From an uncultured Gemmataceae bacterium (GTDB lineage Bacteria; Planctomycetota; Planctomycetia; Gemmatales; Gemmataceae), in contig CAVVPN010000011.1 of assembly GCA_963750165.1 (NCBI GenBank), forward strand, positions 1,024,001 to 1,088,000: DNA of 64,000 bases. The letters are read 5' to 3'. The stretch's first letter is position 1. Each line of letters begins with the position of its first letter. A program made the translations under genes and the position numbers. This document shows, in pieces, positions 60,343 to 64,000 of the stretch. The notes under the pieces are model-generated. The model was not told the DNA's origin. It did not search any database and was given only the letters and a program-made list of their open reading frames with translations.

Positions 60343-61555
60343 TCAAGAGCGGCCGATCTCGAAGGCGACCAGGGAGATGTCGTCCTGAGGCCCTCCCTCC
60401 CCGGCCCAGTTCTCGACCCTCCGCAGCACCTTCATCACCGTGTCACTCAGCGCCTCTCCGGCGCGGCGTGCAAATCGGCGAGCAGCCGACCCTTGCCGAA
60501 TTGTTCTCCCTCCGCGTTCATCGCCTCCTGAAGCCCGTCGGAGTAAAGCCAGAATCGGTCACCCGGCCGGAAGCGCACAAGGGCGTCCTCGTACTCGGCC
60601 TGCTCGACGATTCCCACAGGAAACCCGGAGCTTTGCAACACGCTGGGTGTGGCACCCTCCGTCAGGATCACGGGGCCGGGGTGTCCGGCGTTGGTGTAGG
60701 TCAGGGTGTACGAGTCGAGGTCGAGAAAGCCGTAGAACAGGGTGAAGAACTGCTCGGAGCGGTTTGTGGAGAACTGCGCGTTGAGACGCTGGGCCACCTC
60801 GCTGGGCCGGGCCAGGCGGGCGGGTGTATCGCCCTGGGCTGGCAGTTTCAGCAGCGAATTGGCGCCGTGCGGGGTGAGGAAGTGGCTCACGGCCACGGAC
60901 AGCAGCGACGCCGCCACCCCGTGGCCGCTCACGTCGAGCAGGTACAGGCCGACGCGCCGGTCGTCGAGCAGGAAGATGTTCAGGAGGTCCCCGGCCAGTT
61001 CCGCGCAGGGCCGGAAGGCCCACGCCAGCCGCACGGGTGGGGTGTCGGGAAGCGCAGCCGGGAGGAGGGCTTGCTGAACCCGGGCGGCGGCCTGCAAGTC
61101 ACGTTTCAGCCGGGCGTTGGTCGCCGCTAGCTCCTCGGTGCGTTTGCGCAGCGCGTCCTCGACGCGCTTGATCCGGGTGAGGTCGTGCCAGACCGCGATC
61201 ATCGCGGGTTTGCCGCCGATCTCAACGGCGTTGAGCGTGACCGCGACGGGGAACACCTCGCCATCGATCTTGCGGTGCAGCCACTCGAAGCGGTGGTAGC
61301 CGTGCGCCGCGCCAGTGCGTCCATCTCCCTGGCCTTCTCCAGCGAGCGGCGGCCGTCCGGCTGATACTCCGGGGAAAGCACCGCGGGGTGCAGCGCGAGG
61401 ACCTGGGCCTTGTCGGTCGCCCTGAGCAGCTTGACGGTGGCGGCGTTACAGTCCGTGATGCCGGTCTCATCGAAGATGAAGTGGGCGTCGGAGGAATGCT
61501 CGAAAAGGACGCGGAAGCGGTCGCCGTGCTGCGTGCTCTCAGGAGGGGGTGTCAT
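60343..61555 (-). CDS. PAS domain + SpoIIE/PP2C phosphatase (RsbU-like); frameshifts near 61305 and 60460
   Basis: FRVLFEHSSDA..PEYQPDG (PAS); ELAGD, DVSGHG, NAGHP, YSDGL; true C-terminus ...QDDISLVAFEIGRS* in a shifted frame. Confidence 0.85.
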
Positions 61556-61579
61556 TCGTTCTTGCACCTTCGTTATACT

Positions 61580-62692
61580 CTATGGAGCCTTCCGAGGCCG
61601 TCCCTGTTCAGCCAGCGTGGGATAGTCCGTATAGCCGTGATCGTCCCCGCCGTAGAACGTCCGCACGTCCCAGGGGTTCAACGGGGCGTCGAGCCGAAAT
61701 CGCTCCACGAGGTCGGGATTGGAGATGAACGGCCTGGCATAAACAACGGCATCGGCCCGGCCTGCCGCGAGCGCCGCCTCTCCCGTTGCCTTGTTGAACC
61801 CGCCGACTGCCAACAGCGTGCCGGCGTACACCGGTCGGAGAAGGTCGATGGAGTTGAACGGCGGGGCGGTCCCCCGCCCGTAACCGCTGTCGTAGCCTAC
61901 GTGAAGATAGGCCAACCCCAGCGGGTTCAACGACCGGGCCAGGTAGGTGTATGTTTCGGCAGGGTCGTCGTCGAAGGTGTCGTTGACCGTGAAGCCGGGA
62001 GCGATCTTGATGCCGACCCGATCCGCACCCCGCACGCCACAGAGCGCCTCGATCACTTCCAGGGTAAAGCGAGTTCGCTTCTGGAGCGAGCCTCCGTAGG
62101 CGTCGCCGCGGCGGTTCGACCCCGTCACCTGAAACTGGTTGGGAAGGTAGCCGGTCGCCGCATGCAGTTCCACGCCGTCGAAGCCCGCCGTGATCGACAG
62201 CTCCGCCGCCCGGCGATATTCTTCGATGACAGAGGGGATTTCTTGCGTCTGGAGGGGGCGGGGCGTCTCGAATGGCTCTTTGCCACCGAAGGTGTGGATT
62301 TCCCCGGAGACGGCGATGGCCGAGGGCGCCACGGGAAGGGCGTGGTCCGGCAGCAGCGACGAGTGGGACACCCGCCCGGCGTGCATGAGCTGAACGAAGA
62401 TGCGGCCGCCGACGGCGTGGACGGCATCGGTCACTTTCCGCCACCCCGCCGCCTGCTCCTCGTCGTGCAGGCCGGGTGGCCAGGTGTAGCCACGCCCCAT
62501 TGGGCTGGGGTGCGTCCCCTCGGTGATGATGAGGCCCGCCGAGGTTCGCTGCGCGTAGTAGCGGACCATCCTCTCGGAAGGGACACAACCCTCACCGGCC
62601 CGGATGCGGGTCATGGGCGACATGACGATGCGGTTGGGCAGTTCCAGCGGGCCAATCTTCACCGGCGTAAACAGCCCCGGTTGCTCTCGCAT
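61580..62692 (-). CDS. Old yellow enzyme family alkene reductase (NemA-like)
   Basis: NRIVMSPMTR, YYAQR, QLMHAGR, GFDGVELHAATGYL, NRRGDAYGGS, ISNPDL, GYTDYP. Confidence 0.92.
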   Translation of the reverse strand: MREQPGLFTPVKIGPLELPNRIVMSPMTRIRAGEGCVPSERMVRYYAQRTSAGLIITEGTHPSPMGRGYTWPPGLHDEEQAAGWRKVTDAVHAVGGRIFVQLMHAGRVSHSSLLPDHALPVAPSAIAVSGEIHTFGGKEPFETPRPLQTQEIPSVIEEYRRAAELSITAGFDGVELHAATGYLPNQFQVTGSNRRGDAYGGSLQKRTRFTLEVIEALCGVRGADRVGIKIAPGFTVNDTFDDDPAETYTYLARSLNPLGLAYLHVGYDSGYGRGTAPPFNSIDLLRPVYAGTLLAVGGFNKATGEAALAAGRADAVVYARPFISNPDLVERFRLDAPLNPWDVRTFYGGDDHGYTDYPTLAEQGRPRKAP

Positions 62693-62727
62693 CTCTGATC
62701 CCCTCAGATACTTCCCGGTATCACCCG

Positions 62728-63477
62728 TTACTGCGCACAGACACCACCATCCACGGGCAGCGTGTGGCCGGTGACGTAGCGGGCCTCGTCGGACAGGAGC
62801 CACACCACGGTGTCGGCGATCTCGTCCGGCTGGCCGATTCGCCCCATCGGGACGAAGGCGGCGTAACTGTGCGGGTCGCCGCCCGTCCCCTTCGCCAGGA
62901 GCGGCGTCTCCACCGGGCCGGGGCCGACCGCATTGACCCGGACGTTCTTCTTGGCGTAATCCAGCGCCGCCGCCTTGGTCATGCCGGTGACGGCGTGCTT
63001 GGTGGCGACGTACAGCGACCAGCCGGGGTAGCCGTTCAACCCGAAGATCGAGGACGTGTTGACGATGGCCCCGCCGCCCGTCCTGAGCATCTGCTCGATC
63101 TCGTACTTCATGGAATAGAAGACGCCCTTGATGTTCACGTCGAAGAGGAAGGAAGCCTGCTCGATGTCCTGCTCGTGCAGCGGCACTTGCTGGCCGTCCA
63201 TCCCGGCGTTGTTGAACGCCACGTCGAGCCTGCCGAACTCGGTCACCGCCCGCTCGACCAGCGCCTTCACGTCGCCGGGCTTGCTCACGTCCGTCTTCTG
63301 GAAAACGGCTTTGCCCCCGGACTGCCGGATCAAGCCCACGACCTCATCGCCCTTGGCGGCGTCCCGGTTGCCGATCACCACGGCGGCCCCGGCCCTCGCC
63401 ATCGCCAGGGCCGTCGCTCTGCCGATGCCGGTCCCTCCACCCGTCACGACTCCCACCCTGTCCTTCAAGTTTGCCAT
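62728..63477 (-). CDS. Short-chain dehydrogenase/reductase
   Basis: TGGGTGIG, FNNAG, YVATK, VNAVGPG, VDGG. Confidence 0.95.
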   Translation of the reverse strand: MANLKDRVGVVTGGGTGIGRATALAMARAGAAVVIGNRDAAKGDEVVGLIRQSGGKAVFQKTDVSKPGDVKALVERAVTEFGRLDVAFNNAGMDGQQVPLHEQDIEQASFLFDVNIKGVFYSMKYEIEQMLRTGGGAIVNTSSIFGLNGYPGWSLYVATKHAVTGMTKAAALDYAKKNVRVNAVGPGPVETPLLAKGTGGDPHSYAAFVPMGRIGQPDEIADTVVWLLSDEARYVTGHTLPVDGGVCAQ

Positions 63478-63556
63478 CGCTCGTTACCCCGCTGATAGTG
63501 ATTGTTCCGTCGCCATCCCAACGCACCTCCAGGACGCACGGCGGCGATGACCGACC

Positions 63557-64000
63557 TCACTTCTTCTTCTTGCCGTAGGGGTCACCGGGGCGGTCTTCGG
63601 CTGCCTTCCTGGCCCCGGCGACCCCTTTCTCGACCCCCGCCACGGTGTCGTCGAAGAACGCAGGCCCGGCTTCGACCACCCACTCCTCCAACGTGTACGC
63701 CTTCGCCAGCCCTTCCTTCTGGAGCCTCTTGTCGGTGTCGTAGGCCAGCAGCATCCCCCGGATCACGGCGGTTTCCACGTCCCCGATTGCCAGCTTGTCA
63801 TTGCCCTGGTCACGGAGCAGCGGGGCGAACGCCACCCGCTTGACGCCGAGCTTCGCCGCCTGCCGCAGCGCCGTCCGGCCGACCCGCTCCATCGTGTCCA
63901 GCGAGAGCGACCCCTCGTCGCCGAGGCCGACCAGCAGCAACCGTTTCGGCTTGATCGTGCCCCTGGGCGGCGTGAGCAGCAACGTCTCCTGCTCGTCGCC
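63557..64000 (-). CDS. Peptidase M17 N-terminal-like domain protein (5'-partial)
   Basis: ETLLLTPP.GTI..KRLLLVGLGD...MERVGR.ALR.A. Confidence 0.65.
   Translation of the reverse strand, partial: GDEQETLLLTPPRGTIKPKRLLLVGLGDEGSLSLDTMERVGRTALRQAAKLGVKRVAFAPLLRDQGNDKLAIGDVETAVIRGMLLAYDTDKRLQKEGLAKAYTLEEWVVEAGPAFFDDTVAGVEKGVAGARKAAEDRPGDPYGKKKK

Overview
GC-rich accessory region, very probably from a planctomycete. Evidence: LEPRxLL-type secretion motifs, a DUF1580-like HTH, a planctomycete cytochrome c domain, and ECF sigma/Ser-Thr kinase pairs. Two identical 46-bp copies of the 3' half of tRNA-Gly(CCC) (8810-8855, 30053-30098) mark tandem genomic islands; the intact tRNA is not in the window. 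Left of the first att: an Imm5-like gene, a solo Cas4-like nuclease, and a co-oriented defence-like cluster (Mrr-like nuclease, trypsin-like protease, ADP-ribosyltransferase-like, DUF2934-tailed unknown, HEPN-like). Between the atts is a ~21 kb satellite-like element: tyrosine integrase, putative regulator, DUF1580 HTH, Toprim primase-ATPase with internal iterons, a 51-aa basic peptide, a PLD-like nuclease and an apparent TerS-TerL fusion, but no portal, capsid or tail. Its cargo is hsdM, an IS701-truncated hsdS, a 1835-aa secreted repeat protein and a TPR-sulfotransferase. To the right: a metallophosphoesterase, a 1705-aa Ig-like/DUF4214 surface protein, two ECF-kinase modules, a cytochrome c/ankyrin/cyclase-repeat protein, three IS4 elements in a recurring repeat, a multi-gene IS481-like element, an orphan HINT toxin with a GIY-YIG-like tip plus DUF4240-like immunity gene, and PP2C/OYE/SDR genes. 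Many genes carry small frameshifts that look like read or assembly indels. All family assignments come from motif recognition by eye, not database searches.
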